Shown: one piece after another, positions 1 to 13,716 of the stretch
Numbering within the stretch: the stretch's first letter is position 1
How the letters are laid out: each line of letters begins with the position of its first letter
Assembly (NCBI GenBank): GCA_039096935.1
Contig: JBBPEE010000035.1
Location: 620,001-684,000 of the forward strand
Length of the DNA stretch: 64,000 nt
From: Blastocystis sp. ATCC 50177/Nand II
Taxonomy: Eukaryota
Direction of reading: 5' to 3'
The notes under the pieces: generated by a model
Databases searched by the model: none
Seen by the model: only the letters and a program-made list of their open reading frames with translations
What the model was told of the DNA's origin: nothing
Translations under genes and position numbers: made by a program

Positions 1-3000
1 GGCGTTCGACATCTCCATCTCGGAGTTCACGATCCTGATCTACCGGTACCTGATCGGGCTGTTCGACTGCAGCGAGCTGTTCATGGTGGACGAGAACCGC
101 AGCAAGGAGATGGTGCGCGTGCGCGGGCGGCGTGAGGTGTAGATGGAGCAGATCGTGCGGTGCTACTCGGAGGTGGTGAGCCAGCTTCCCGGAAGCAGCA
201 AGCGACGCATCCTCAGCACGGCGTTCCCGCACCTGTACACGCAGATGAAGCAGAACCCGCTGCTGATCGAGTTCGTGCGGAACATCGTGATGAAGGCCAA
301 GAACACACACTACACCTCCATCGTGCTCATCGACTTCATCGCCAACCACATGGACGTGGCGGCCGCGGGCGGGCGTCAGCCGTAGGAGTTCGTCAAGGAC
401 ACCAACAACCCGCCGGTGCTGCTCACGCTGTTCAAGCTGTTCTGCTCGCGGCTGTCCTTCGCCGTCTCCGAGGAGGTGGTGCTGCGCCCCTACTATCGCG
501 TGCGTGCGGCGAGGCGGCGTGAGGCGTAGCGCATCCTGAAGGAGTGCATCCAGCGCCTGGTGAACACGCAGAACTGGCGGCCGTACCTGGACCTGCTCTT
601 CTGCTTCTTCAGCGTCTTCCAGCACAACAAGCTCACCGAGATCCCCAAGGACATCCCGCTGATCCTGAAGGACCTGATTCCGCAGCTGATCCACATGGAG
701 CGCGTCTGCGGCAACTCCCACCTGCGCGAGTGCATCCTGGAGATCGTGCTGCACCTGCCGCTGCCCATGACCGGCACGCTGTTCAACTACTTCATCCCCA
801 TTCTCATGCCGCTCTACCTGAAGGGGCTCTCCGGCCCTGAGACGCTCCAGCGGCCCTGTGAACCCTCTTTATCCTTATCACGTGTAGCGATGAACTACCT
901 GGAGACCTTTTTCCAGAAGGTGCCGACGGCCGACATGATCTCGCTGCTGCAGAGCGAGCCCTGCAAGGGCATGCTCACCTCCGCCGTCAGCACCATCCTT
1001 CACACCTCCTCCAACCAGCGCATCACCTCGCAGGCACTGGCGCTGCTGGGCCGGCTGGGCGGTCGTTCGCGCACCGTGCTGCGCGGCAGTGTCGACCTGC
1101 CGTGCTTCTCCAACCCGTGCGACGGGTACGAGGTGCTGTTCCCGTCAGCTTCCTCGGCCATCTCACATCACGTCATCACGATGGACTCGCACATCGCGGA
1201 GGCCGTCGAATTGCTGCTTCGCAACCTGATCGTGGAGCCGCTGGACGGCACGACCACTAAGCTGAGCCAGACGCTGCGCTGCTCGCCGGAGAACGTGGAG
1301 ATGATCCGCGGCATCCGCGTGCAGTACAAGCTGCGCGCCATGGACCTGATCGAGAAGTGCCTCACCGCCTGCGTCAGTAACCCCAGTGCCGTGGCGAACC
1401 CGCTGCTGTGCCACCAGCTGGCAATGGCGCTGGGCGAGCCGAGCCTCGGGGGCATGGAGACGGTGAAGGAGGCGGCGGAGGAGGCGTTGCCGCTGCAGAG
1501 CGAGAAGGTGCAGGAGCGGTGCGTGTCGCTGCTGCTGTACGGGCTGCTGCTGGCGTGCTGCGACAGCGAGGTGAAGGCCGTGGCGCTGGAGAAGGTGAAA
1601 GCCTTCTTCACGTACATCACCTGCCTCATCCTCAACCACACGCACTTCCGCACGGACGAGAAGGACGAGGTGTTCAGCCTGCTGAGCCGGTCCTCCAAGT
1701 ATCACGGCATCCTGATGCACCTCTCGCTGGGCGTCGTGCCCGTCATGTCGCCCTTCGTCGTGAGCTTCCCGCCGGACTGCCTCTCGCCGCTGGTGGTCAC
1801 GGACGTGCTGGTCGCCCTGCTGGACAACGAGTTCCCGTCAGTGGACGACCTGGTGGTGGAGACGAGTCTCGTCTTCTGGAAGGTCGTGGAGGAGCAGGCG
1901 CAGAAGCAGGCGGCTGCTTTTGTGTCTGCAGCGCAGTCAGATGGTGCAGGTAACACAGAGAGTGCAAACAGTGCAGACAGTGCAAACACCACAAACACCA
2001 CAAACACCACACACTGCAACGCCCTCTGGATGGCTCTGCCCTACATGGAAGCCTTCCTCGCCTCGCTGCTGCTGCACTGCGTGGGCAACGGCTGGCGCTG
2101 CCGCGTAGCTTCGCCTCTCCTCCTTCCCCGTAGTACAACGCGCTGAAGCTGCTGATCTGCTGGTGCGAGCGCCTGCCGGACATCCTCGTGACGCGCATCT
2201 GCTGCCTGCTCATCCGCTTCCTCTTCGACCTGCTCAGCTCCGTGCCCGCCGAGTTCATCGTCACCACGCGCGACTCCGCCATCCGCCTCCTCCACCTCGC
2301 GCTGGTCAAGGGCTACAACATCCCCATCGACGCCTCGTTCGCCTCTTTCTCTCTCCTCACTTCTAGCATCGAGCACCGCCCGCTCGAGCCCACGGGCGTG
2401 CCGCAGCTGATGGAGTTCGTGGCGGCGATCGAGCGCCAGTCGCATCAGCGCATCCGCGACTTGGCGCACGTGGTGGTGGACGCGCTGCTGTCCTTCTACG
2501 GGCCCACGCAGCAGACGGCGCGCACGCTGGTGGAGGAGTTCCACTCGATCCTGGGCGAGGGCGAGGTGGTCGACGCGCTGCGCGGCGAGCTGAAGCAGCG
2601 CGCGGAGTTCCAGAAGGTGAGCGTGCTGCCGCCGCAAATGCAGATGAGGTGGGTGTGAGGCGCGGGCGTGAGGCGCAGCATCTACTCGGCGATGGAGATG
2701 TGCCTGCGGCTGCGCGTGTTCACCGTCACGGACGCGACGGTGCTGCTGGTGGTGCAGGAGGCGGCGAAGCCGTTCGACGCCAACTCCACCAACGACGCGA
2801 TGATCAAGGGCGTGGCGGCGACGGACTGTAGGCGCGGTCGCGGCGCGTGAGGCGTAGTCACGGACGCGTACTACATCCCGCTGAACGGCAGCGACTTCTA
2901 CTGGGGCCACCTGCTGAAGATGGACATGTACGTGGTGGTGTTGAAGCTGCTGCAGGTGTTCGTGCTGCGGCGCGAGGCCCTGCGGCAGGAGGGCGCGCCG

Positions 3001-6000
3001 CCGCCGAAGGAGTCGCTGAAGCTGAACGGCGCGATCTTCCGGTGCATGTACCAGGCGGTGAACTGCGCGAGCGACGCGGTGACGTCGATCGTGCTGCCCG
3101 TGCTGCCGCTGCTGCCGTCGCTGATGGACACGCAGAGCAACGACAACTACTTCGACGTGGAGAAGAACGCGGAGGTGATCCGCAAGATCGAGCAGGAGAT
3201 CATCGCCGGCAAGGACGTCCAGCTGCACTACCTACGACGCATCCGCATCCTCCTGCCCATCTTCCCCGAAGCGCGCCGCAGTCTGCTACTGCACACCATC
3301 ATGACCTCGCTGAAGCGGCTGAAGGAGAACTTCGCGCAGGCCGCCGCGCCCATCAAGGAGTCCGCCATGCTCACCGTCAGCCAAATGTTCGAGGTGGTCG
3401 GCGCGCTGCCGCTCGCCGTGGCGGACTTCCAGGACCTCTTCGCGCTGGTCCACGCCTTCCTGGAGGTGCTCTCGAAGAAGTGCCCGTTTCTGGCGCACGA
3501 CCGAATCATCGTGAGGGCGTGAACGTGCTGTGAGCGTAGGTGCAGCCCCTGGCCGACGCGTGCAACAACAACCCCGCAGTCTTCACGGACTTTTTGCTGT
3601 CTCCCTGCGCGAGCGAGGAGGGCGACGCCACGGTGCCGCAGCTATCGCAGTCGCACGTCGGAACCCTGCTCATCAACATGGCGCTGTCGTGTGACGTGCA
3701 CAGCGCCGCAGAAGTGATCTACGCGCAGTGGCCGCGCTTCGAGGCGGTGGGCGAGGAGTTCCTCCAGCACCCCAACACCAAATACGTACGCGCGTGGCCG
3801 TGGCTGAAGGGTAGATGAACCGCGTGCTCACGCCGCTGTTCCAGGTGGTGGGTGCTGCGCGCGGCGGTGATGCGTAGATGCTCGCCTGCATGGAGAAGAA
3901 GGAGGACCTCCAGTACGACACCATCAAGGCCTTCCTGCTGCGGGTGTGGAGGACCGTTCTCTCCGTCCAGGAGATGCGCGCCGTCGAGATGCGCCAGCAG
4001 CAGCAGGACCTGGTGTCGGCTGCCACGGGTGCCACGGGAGTGTCGGCAGCCTTCCATCCGCAGACCTACGAGGGCGACGACAACGAGATGCTGGAGCTGG
4101 TGGTGCTGCTGTTAGCGACGGTGATGGGTCTGGAGTACGACCCGGCCATCTCCAACCAACTGGCGACGGTGTTCTGCTTCAGCAGCCTGGCCTCAATGCA
4201 GTTCCTGCGCGAGTACTACCAGACCACACTGCCGCGCATCCTGACCACGGAGCAGCGCGCCGCCACCCTCGCGTCGGTTCTGTTGGAGGTGCTGATGGGT
4301 AGAGATCTGTTGCGCGTGTTGCAGGACGACTCCGTCGCCGACGTGAAGAAGAGCTGCATTATCATGTACGCGATCATTCCCCTGGTGGCCGCCACGTCCG
4401 ACTTCTCCGCCTCGCTCACCGCTAGCTTCCACAACACCGCCATCGACGTGGAGGCTGCTATTCCCACCTCCTTCCTCGAAGCCTACATCACGCAGTACCT
4501 GCAGTCGGTGCAGGCGCGGGCCACCGGCGTGCACAAGGACCTGCTCATCGCGCTGCTGCAGCTGAACGCGCTGCTGATCAAGCATCTCGCCTCGCGCATC
4601 TCGCCGTACCGCAAGCTCTTCAACGCCTTCGCCATCCACCTCTATTCCTCCGCCTGCGACGACGTGGTGGCGTGGTCGCTCTTCTTCCAGTGCCAGTTCC
4701 TCGTCGCCTACCAGTACAACGGCGTGCAGATCATCAAGCTCTTCATCAACATCATCCATCTCTACGCCAACCGCGCCCGCGACGTCGTGTACCGCGCCGC
4801 CGCACTGCTCTCGGCTCGTAGCGCTGCGTTGTTTTCATAACTTCTAGCGATGCTGCAGCTGGACAGCAAGAACAAGCTGGTGCTGTTCGCGCGCGTGCGG
4901 CAAAACATGCTGATGAACGAGCACCTCATCGAGCAGCAGATCCACATCTGGCGCCTGATCGTCCAGAACCCCGAGTTCTTCTTCCCCTTCCGCGCCAAGA
5001 TCGTCACGCACATCCTGCGCGAGATGCGCCACCTTGGCATCCGCAGCACCGACGCCTACGCCAACCGCGAGCTCAGTGTGGACATGCTGTGTCTGATCAC
5101 CTCCTTCGAGATTCGCGATGAGAAGGAGAAGGGTGCGTCTGCCACGCCTGTCACCAACACGCCTGTCACCAACACGCCTGTCACCAACACACCTGCCACC
5201 AACACACCTGCCACCAACACGCCTGCCACCAACACACCTGCCAGTAATGGTATGACAGACACTCCAACGGACATGACGAACGGAATCGTGTTGCCGGGCC
5301 TGGAGAAGGAGGGCGACAAGGCGGAGCTCATCAGCCAGGAGACGCTGCGGCTGCTCGCCTACACGCAGCTCATGAACTCGCTCTGCCGCACCGTGCTCAT
5401 CTCCTGCGTGAACCCTGCCGAGCAGCGCGTCTGCTTCCGCGGCTTCCGCCTCATGGAGGTGATCCTCCGACGCACGCCGCGCCTCACGCTCCGCCTCGAC
5501 GACGTGGACCACTTCACGCACTTCTACGACAAGCTCCTCGTCAACTACCCCGAGGGCTCGCCCAGTAGGCGCTTCTCTTCCCTCTCACGCCCAGCTCCCA
5601 GCGACGAGAAGCTGTATTGCATGGTGATGCCTATCATCGTCACTTTCCGCATCGCCGCGCTCGCCATCCCGCGCTTCCAAGCCGAGTTCGTGGAGAAGAA
5701 CGCGGAGAACCTGCAGCGCAAAATCGTGCGCACGCTTCCGTACATCGACCACAACTACATCTTCAGCGCCTTCATCGAACTGCTGCCCGGTTTGTCTCTT
5801 CCTCTCTTCTCACGCGCAGCTCTCTTCAGTCTGTCCCCGCCCTACCAGCCCAACACCCACCGCCTCCTTCTCGCCGTCAAGGACGCGCTCCTGGCGCTCG
5901 TCGCCGCCGACCTCCCCAAGATCACGCCGCAGACCTGCCAGCAGCCCACGCGCGCCTGGCGGAGCCTCCACCTGCTCGTCACCATCGTGCGGCAGAGTCC

Positions 6001-9000
6001 CGGCGCGCTCCCACAGCTCCTCTCCGACCTGATGCTCTGCTGCGAGCAGGTCTACGCTCTCTACAAGTCGCTCGCCGCGACGCCCGCCGCCCAGCGCGTC
6101 CTCCAGCTGCGCGACTTCGACGCCAGCACGTCCGCCTCTCTCTCCCTCTTCACGCCTAGCACCAGCGACACGCTAAAGATCGGCCTGCCGCCCGTGCCGG
6201 TGCTGAACGAGGCGGAGGTGGTGCACAGCCTCCTCCTCCTGCTGCATCTGTTTCTGGACTCCCTGCCGCGGCTGGGCGAGCACCACCCGCGCCTCCTGAG
6301 TCTGCTGCAGGACCTGTTCGAGCACGTGCAGCAGGTCGAGCTGCTCACCAGCGTGCTGAACTGGATCACGCCCTGGCTGGCGCGCGAGGAGGAGGTGTTC
6401 GCGCCTCAGGACGTCGACCGTTTGCTCTACGCCACGCAGGAGGCGCGCGGGCTGCAGGAGGGCGTGCTCTACGTCGCTTTCATCGCCTCCTACTGGCGCT
6501 TCCTGCTCGCCCTCTGCAAGCGCTACCTGCCCGTCGCCGGCGCGCCGCTGCCCTCGCGTCAACCCTTCTACCAGGACGCGCCGCTGCAGGAGCGGCTCCG
6601 CCTGTCGCTACTTAGCGGCATGACGCTCACCAACCCCGAGGTGCGGCGCCAGTACCGCGCGCTGTACCTGCAGACCCTGCCCACCTCGCTCTTCGCGCGG
6701 CTGGAAGGCCTGCTCAGCGACGTGCGCTTTGCTTCCTCTCTTCACCGTAGGCACGCTTCTACGCCGACAAGCGCCAGTGGCTGCCGCTCTTCGACGAGGT
6801 GCTGCTGCGCTCCGTGGACGGCTCTCACGCCGTGTGCTTCTCTCCGGGGATGAAGCGCTTCCCCTCGCTGCGCGTCTGTCCCGCGCAGGGCACCACGCCC
6901 CACAGCGTGCAGGAGGCGATGGCCGTGGAGGAGCAGGCCGCGCGTCTCTGCGGCGGCGCCATCATCGAGGACCTGATCGAGCTGGCCTACGGCGACATGC
7001 GCGTCGCGCACAGCATTTGGGTGGAGTCCTTCCCCCGCGCCTGGCTCACCTTCTCGCGCGACGAGCAGCTGCGGCTGGCGCAGGCGCTGACGCGCTTCCT
7101 GGCGAGCGACATTCCCTTCGCACAGCGCGGCGTGAGTACGCACCCCATGTGGGAGGAGGTGGACCGCGACTACAAGCAGTGGGGCGCCACGCCTGCGCTG
7201 CCCTTCACCGCGCAGGCGCACAGTCGCTACGGGTCGCTGCCTTGCACCAACGGCGTGCAGACGCTGCTGGAGGGCGTGCTGCGCTGCGAGCCGCAGCCGC
7301 AGCTGGCGCCCGTGCTGCTGCTGAACCTGGCGAAGACGTACGGTTGCGCGCCACAGGCGTCGCTGCTGCTGGAGAGCGGGCTGAGGGAGTGCGAAGCGGG
7401 CGAGCGGCCCGTGTACCAGCGCTGTCTGCGGCAGGTGTACCTGGAGCTGAAGGAGGAGGACGCGGCGGCGGCGATGGTGACGGCCCTACCCTACCCCGAG
7501 CTGCACAACGGGATGGTGCTGGAGCGCTTCGGGCGCTTCCAGACGGCGCAGGTGGCGTACCTGGAGGGCCTGCGCAACCAGGAGGTGGTGAACTCGGCGG
7601 AGGCGCTGACGACGGTGAAGGAGCGGTGGAAGGAGTGCGCGCTGAACCTGCGCCAGTGGGTGCCGCTGTTCGAGTTCGCGAAGCTGAACCGCGACCTGTG
7701 GCTGCTGCTGGAGTGCTACAGCAAGAGCAACATATGGGAGTGGGAGTCGGTGGGGCGACTCACCCATAGCAACTTCCAGTCCATTCTCTTCAACCCGTCC
7801 TGCATGGCGGAACGCGACCTGAACCTGTTGCGCTGGGAGCTCAACAGCGAGTACTACAACACCATGCACCTCCTGCAGGACCGCTCCGCACGCCGCCGCT
7901 CGCGCCTCGGCGAGCTGCTGATCAGCGCCTACCGCGCCGTGGTCTGCCAGCCCGTTCGGCAATACGACGGCATCCTGCACACCGCCTACCAGCTCAGCAA
8001 CATCCAGACCAGCGCGCAGCTCCTCCAGCTGCTCCAGGCGTCGCAGGGACCGGTGGACGCGCGTGTCGCGCCGCTGGTGAAGACCTTCGGGGAGTGTCTG
8101 ATGAACGAGAACGACCCGCTGGCCCTCTGGAACGACATCGAGGTCTGGCGCGCGCACTTCTCCGGCGAGCTGCTGCGTTACGCCCCGCAGAACCAGCCGT
8201 TGCCGCTGCTGTCGCCCTCGCTGCCCCTTCTCACCATCGCGCGCGCCGCTCGCCAGCAGGGCCTCCCACTGGTGGCGGCGGAGTACCTGCGCATGCTGCC
8301 CACGTCGCTGAACGCCTACGAGAGCTTCGACCGCTGGAAGGAGCAGGCGCTGATCACGCTGGAGCTGACGCCGCAGAACCGCGGCGTGCTGGCGGAGGCG
8401 GAGGGCCTGCGCGTGGAGAGCATGAAGGAGATCCAGCGGTCCGCCGTTCAGCACGTGTACGGGCTGTACGCGCTGAAGGAGAAGAAGGTGGAGGAGGCGG
8501 CGGGCTTCTTCTCGAAGGCGGTGCACCTGGACGGTAAGAATCGCAAGGCGCTGGAGAGTCTGTCGCAGCTGCTCTACGCCCAGTGGAAGGAGCTGCGCAC
8601 GCCCAGCAGCGCCCAGCAGTGTCTCAACTGCCTCTTCCAGCAATTCCTGCTGAAGGTGGACGCTGCCAAGGTCATGCCACGCTTCCTGCACGTCGCCGTC
8701 GCTTCGCTGGACAACCACCAGCTCGCCGAGCTCATCGCCGCCAACGCCGCGCGCATCCCGCTGCTGAGCTGGCTGCCCTACCTCCCCTTCCTCTTCGCGC
8801 GGCCCTCCAAGGCCGTCTTCACCGCCTTCACGCCCGTCATCACCGGCCTCATCAAGAAGATGCCGCAGACCGTCTTCTTCCCGCTGCGCGTCCTCTGCCT
8901 CTCTCTCGGCATGCCCAACGCCTCTCTCTACGCCAGCCACGCCGTCGTGCCTCCCAGCACCGTTCTCTCCCACACGCCCACACCTGCTGCCAGCACGGTC

Positions 9001-10755
9001 GATCTCACCTCCGTGCACGTGCAGTACTTCATCCTCCTTTCCACGCTCTCCAAGTCCATCTCCCAGCTCCTCCTCCTCGCCGACACGCTCGAAGGCGTCC
9101 CCCACTACTCCTTCTGCGAGCTCCTCGCGGGAATCGACGCCGTTCTCGCAGCCGCCTACAACGAAATCGCCACCGTCGGCTTCGTCTCCTTCTCGCAGCC
9201 CGTGTCGCCCGCCCTGCAGGCGCGGCTCGACGCGCTGTGCGCCCAGTTCTTCGACCCCGCGGCCGCCGTACCCTCCACGCTGCACTTCGTCCGGCAGTAC
9301 GCGCAGCCCTTCCTTCGCGACTTCGCCTCCCTGCTGGACGACAAACCCAACCCCACGCTGCCCAAATCGCTGCACGAGCTGCTGCAGCGCCTGCTCCTGT
9401 GGAAGCGCGTGGCACTGGCGCGCATCGACGAGGGAGAGAAGGTGGACGTGTTCGAGAAGCTCATCTCCTACTCGCGTTTCATCCCTGGCAGTCTGGAGGT
9501 GCCGGGCCAGTCGCCGCTCCACTCGCTCTCCATCGCCCACGCCACCATCCAGAGCATCCACCTGCACCGGCCGCTTCTCTACCAGGAGCGGCACGCCTGC
9601 CGCCACGTCGACATGATCGCCGAGCAGAACCGTGTCTTCCGCTTCTACCTCGAGCGCCTCAACGACGTCGATCTCGCGCTGGAGGAGCACGCCGTCTTCC
9701 TACAATCCTTCGTCGCCTCGCTTCAACCGCCCAAAGCCTCGCAGATCGTCATGCAGACGTCGCTGCCCGTGTGCCTGCCCGTCACGCCCTCGCTGCGCCT
9801 CGTGCGCGGTCTGCAGTTCGGCACGTCGCTGGAGGGCGTGTTCCGCACCGTGCTCGGCGAGGCGTTCGACGAAAAACAGAGCGATTTCGCGCTGCGGCTG
9901 TTCGTGTTGAACCACCCGCAGGCTGCCGTGCCGCCCGAGTTCGCCGCGTGGCGTGCAGAGGTGAAGAAAGAGACGCTGTTTGATGCGGTGTGCGACGAGG
10001 CGATGCTGAAGCGGTTTGTGTGGGTGTTGGAGTGCTGAGTGATTGACAGATTCACGCGCATGGCGACCGCTGCGGACTTCTACGTGTTCCGAAGCGAGTT
10101 CACGCGGTACTTCGCCTTCACGCAGTTCGCGCAGCACCTGCTCGCGTAGAACCCTCGTCTCCTCTTCAGCGTAGCTCGCCCACGCCGCTGCCCGCGCAGT
10201 ACGCCGTGAACCTGCGGACGGGCGAGGTGACGCTGTTCAACCTCCACTCCCGCTACACCTTCTCCGCGCAGGGCTACGCCGTCGTCAGGCAATCGCCCTC
10301 TCTCCGCCTCACATATCCTCATGATAGTGTTAAATGGCTCCTTCACCCGAACGCGCAACCTTCGCAGCCTTCTCGGCGAGTTCTACACGCAGGGCAGCTT
10401 CCTCTTCTCCGTCGAGGCCTTCGCAGCCGTAGGGCTGTCGGTCGTGGGTGACGCGCAGATGGTGAAGGAGAACGAGGCGACGCTGTCCAGCTATCTGCAG
10501 GTCTACGAGCAGGACGTTGCGCGGCTACTGCTGGGCGGCGCTGCGGAATCGCCGCAGATGGGACTGACGGCGCAGGTGTGTCGAGATAACTGCCAGGCGA
10601 TGCTCGCACGGGGCGCGTTGTTTGCACCTCGGATCGAGGGCGTGTTGCCCGAGTCGCGCGAGGAGGTGGACGGCGCGTTGTTGCAGGCGATTCGGAACAG
10701 TGTCTCCGAGGATCACTTGATGCAGAAGGAGCCTGCCTTTTGTAGTTGGTTTTAG
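1..10755 (+). CDS. TRRAP: TRRAP/Tra1-like PIKK pseudokinase (HEAT, FAT, PI3K-like, FATC), 5'-truncated, multi-exon
   Basis: Chain of + strand ORFs joined by ~30-nt introns. Motifs: 'LLGRLGGRSR' in the HEAT region, FAT-like helical region ('KERWKECALNLRQW'), 'PSLRLTRNL' (PIKK PFRLT motif, restored by removing intron 10313-10352), FATC-like end 'LMQKEPAFCSWF*' (TAG 10753-10755). Confidence 0.85.
5143..5245 (+). repeat. 15-bp tandem repeat, about 7 copies, encoding TPVTN/TPATN
   Basis: Directly visible ACRCCTGYCACCAAC units in frame within TRRAP. Confidence 0.9.
10313..10352 (+). other. U12-type AT-AC intron (40 nt) in TRRAP
   Basis: 5' ATATCCTC, branch-like TCCTTCAC, 3' AC. Removal joins ORFs 10206 and 10321 and gives RLT-RNL. 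Confidence 0.85.
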
Positions 10756-10780
10756 ACCCGCTTTGTTCAATAAACAGAGC

Positions 10781-12032
10781 AAACGCACTTCCACTTCAGC
10801 ACCTCGCCCGCCTTCAGAGGCACCACCACCGAGTCGCCTAACGTGTAGTTCTCCGGCACGCTATAATTCACTCCTTCTCATCTTACTTACGTCCACTCCT
10901 TCTTCTCCAGCTCGATGAAGTCCTCGTTCCGCGGCAGTCCGTAGAAGTCCGCGCCGTTCTCCCTACGGCTTATCTCACTTCATCGCCGCTACGAGGCGAA
11001 CGCCTCCAGCTTGTCCAGACAGCCGTTCGCCTCGAAGATCTCCGCGTACAGCTCGATGCTCAAGAACTCGCTGAAGCAGCCCGCGCAGCCCTTCTCGCAC
11101 TCCTTGCGCTCCTTCGCGTGTGGCGCCGAGTCCGTGCCCAGGAACAGTCGCTTGCAGCCCGAACGGACCGCCGCCAACAGCGCCTGACGGTGCTCCTCGC
11201 GCTTCAGAATGGGCAGGCAGTAGAAGTGCGGCTTGATCCCGCCCACCAGCAGCTCTATGGTGAAGAGAGGCAAGAGAGGCCACGGTTGCGGTTGTACATG
11301 AGGTGCTGAGGCGTGATGGTGCCGCCGATGTTCTCCCCTCCGTTCAGCACGAACTCCACGCCCTGCTTTGTCGTGATGTGTTCCATGATGATCTTGAGGT
11401 CCGGAAGATCTGCGTGCAGGGGAATCAGCGTATGCTCCACGAAGTAGGCTTCGCGGTCGAAGATGTCAATGGACGGGTCCGTCGCCTCGCCGTGAATGCA
11501 GAGGGGCATCTTCAGCTCCGCCATTTTCTTCTACGCTTCAACACCGGAGTGGACACACACCAGCACATCATAGACGTTGTGGATGTCCGTTACACCGTTC
11601 TCACTGTTCGTCGTGGCGCCAGCAGGATAGTACTTGCAAGCATACACAATTCCGCTCTCCTTGGCCTTCACGATTTCCTCTGGCGTCGTATGATCTGTCA
11701 AATACCTGTAGTCTCAAATCCGGTAGAATCATCCTACAGCGTCATGAGAAGCTGCAGATCGTTGTCAGGGGCAAATTCCGCCTCAATACGCTTCTTGTAC
11801 GCAATCGCCTACACTGTAAACAGGATTCAAAGAATGCCAATACTCTATCCACCGTGGTGATCGGATTCGGCATCACGTTCGGCATGACAAGAAATCGCTT
11901 GTACACTGGATTGACACGAGCAAGGGAACTGCAATTCAGAGAAGGGACAGAGAACTACACCATGCTCTTGCCATCACGCAGATGGACATGGAAATCATCA
12001 GGTCGGCGAATACGAAGACGCGTAGCAGACAT
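10781..12032 (-). CDS. pyrC: Dihydroorotase (monofunctional class II, PyrC/URA4 type), multi-exon
   Basis: '[13 protein letters not shown]', 'VMPN', '[11 protein letters not shown]', 'IHGE', 'MEHITT', 'YCLPILK', 'FLGTDSAPH'. Stop probably made by poly(A) at T10781 (T-GCTC-TGTTTATT); a genomic TGA lies at 10767-10769. Confidence 0.93.
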
Positions 12033-12132
12033 GAGATGGTCTTGGGAACAAAACGGAGGGATTTGTGAGAATCGAAGTGCGACTTGAGTAATGGGAAGGG
12101 CATGAAGGGATTGTTCTGAGTGAGTATGCTTC

Positions 12133-13575
12133 ATGAAAAGAGAGGAAGGGACACATACATTCAAATCCTTGGGCCCTCTTTTCGGCTTCTTTCTCCAGTT
12201 CCATGAACTGGACTGCGTCACCTCACTCATGTTCCACTGTACTCTGCTCATCCTCTTCATCGTACGGTTTGTGCTTGCATTATCAACAGATCGTCCCTCT
12301 TTCCTTCCTTCCAAATGCATTCTTCAAAATGAATCATAAGGATACAAACGGCATTGCAAGTGGAATGAAATCTCTGCTTGTACGAAAAGTCCGCGATTCT
12401 CACCCCTATCACAAGTAGACGAAGCTTGTTCATCGACTTCCAGTACCTGAAGTTCCAAGGGATATATGCAACTCCTATACGCAGTACTTGAAGACGATCA
12501 CCTACGACGTGACGCAACCCTTCCTAACGGGCGTGAATGTGCATTACGCTCAAGGGAAACTGTTCTTCTACATTACCCTCTCTTCAAAGCACATGCAGAA
12601 CTGTACCGCTGAACAGCATACCAACTATACGCTCACCTACAACAACGTGACGCTCCAGAATGAACTCTGGCGCAAGGCTCTTCTCATTGGCTGCAATCAA
12701 CTCAACTACGTGGCAACGCCTCCCAAGCCATTCGTGGAAGGAGAGAAGGTGGTGTTTACCCTAACGAACCTCATCCAGCATCGCGTTTATTCTAACGTCA
12801 CTGCATGTGTCCACATCCCGCCTCCAAAGCGTTTTCCCGTCATTTCGTGCAGCTACATTTGCGACTACAATACAGTCGACGAGCTGAAGAGTTTCGTGGC
12901 ATTCCAGCGATTGTCCAACATCAGCATGGTTGTGTTCTATCTGGTTACGCCTATTCCTTTCCTGCATGAAGCCCTTGCCAAATCGATCAGCGAAGGGTAT
13001 GTGCGTGTGGTGGACTTCTCCTGGCCGCGAGCAAACACCCGCATTCGGCCTGTGCAGAACAATCAACAGGCCCAGTACAATACTTGCTTCTATCAGTTTA
13101 AGTACGATGCGGATGCCATCATCCTTTGCGACGTGGATGAATACATTTACAGTGAGCTCTTCACTGGAAACATGCCGCACGTGGTCCAATACCTGCGGAG
13201 GACAAGACCTGAACGGAATGTGTTTACTGTGAGTTTCGATTCTCTATTTCACTATAGATGGTTTCCAACATGCACACCAATGCCAGGAGAGACATGAGCG
13301 AGAGGAAGCAGCATCTCCACAATGGCACCATCCTCGATGCCTACAGGTACCGTCTGGAGGCAGCGGTCTCGGGGAGGAAGAAAATGATAGTGATGAATGA
13401 GTTCTCCGGAATGCTGGCCATTCACTGGTGCTTCTACTGCAAGTGGATTGTGATGCCGACACGAATTGCGCGCGTTGCACACTTCAAAATCAAGGTATTG
13501 AACGGGACCTTCGAGTACACCGATTACTTGCCTACACATTTTCCTTCTCTTCCGCTTGCTATTGCGTCCACTTAG
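12133..13575 (+). CDS. Glycosyltransferase, GT92/GT2-like (DxD), probable type II membrane protein
   Basis: Hydrophobic N-terminal segment, 'QQAQYNTCFYQFKYDADAIILCDVDEYI', late 'IHW' and 'VAHF' motifs. Start may be 12133 or 12229. Confidence 0.65.
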
Positions 13576-13716
13576 TTTTCTTTTCGCTCCTGTTTGTTTC
13601 ACCCCCACTCGTAAGGGGGTCCCTATTCTCCCCACCACCCTCTCCACGACACAATCGCACCCCCTGGGTTTGGATTTCATCCCAATTTCCTCCCTGTCTA
13701 CAAACCCTACAGCAAA

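Noticed and set aside
7486..9690. Long antisense or alternate-frame ORFs (734 aa here; also 14272-16755, 34276-36114, 53432-54688)
   Set aside because: Shadow ORFs caused by high GC3 opposite well-supported genes; no recognisable motifs.
9500..10755. Missing catalytic residues in the TRRAP PI3K-like domain, and no arginine finger in the OCRL RhoGAP-like domain (~15870)
   Set aside because: Both are established, expected properties of these families.
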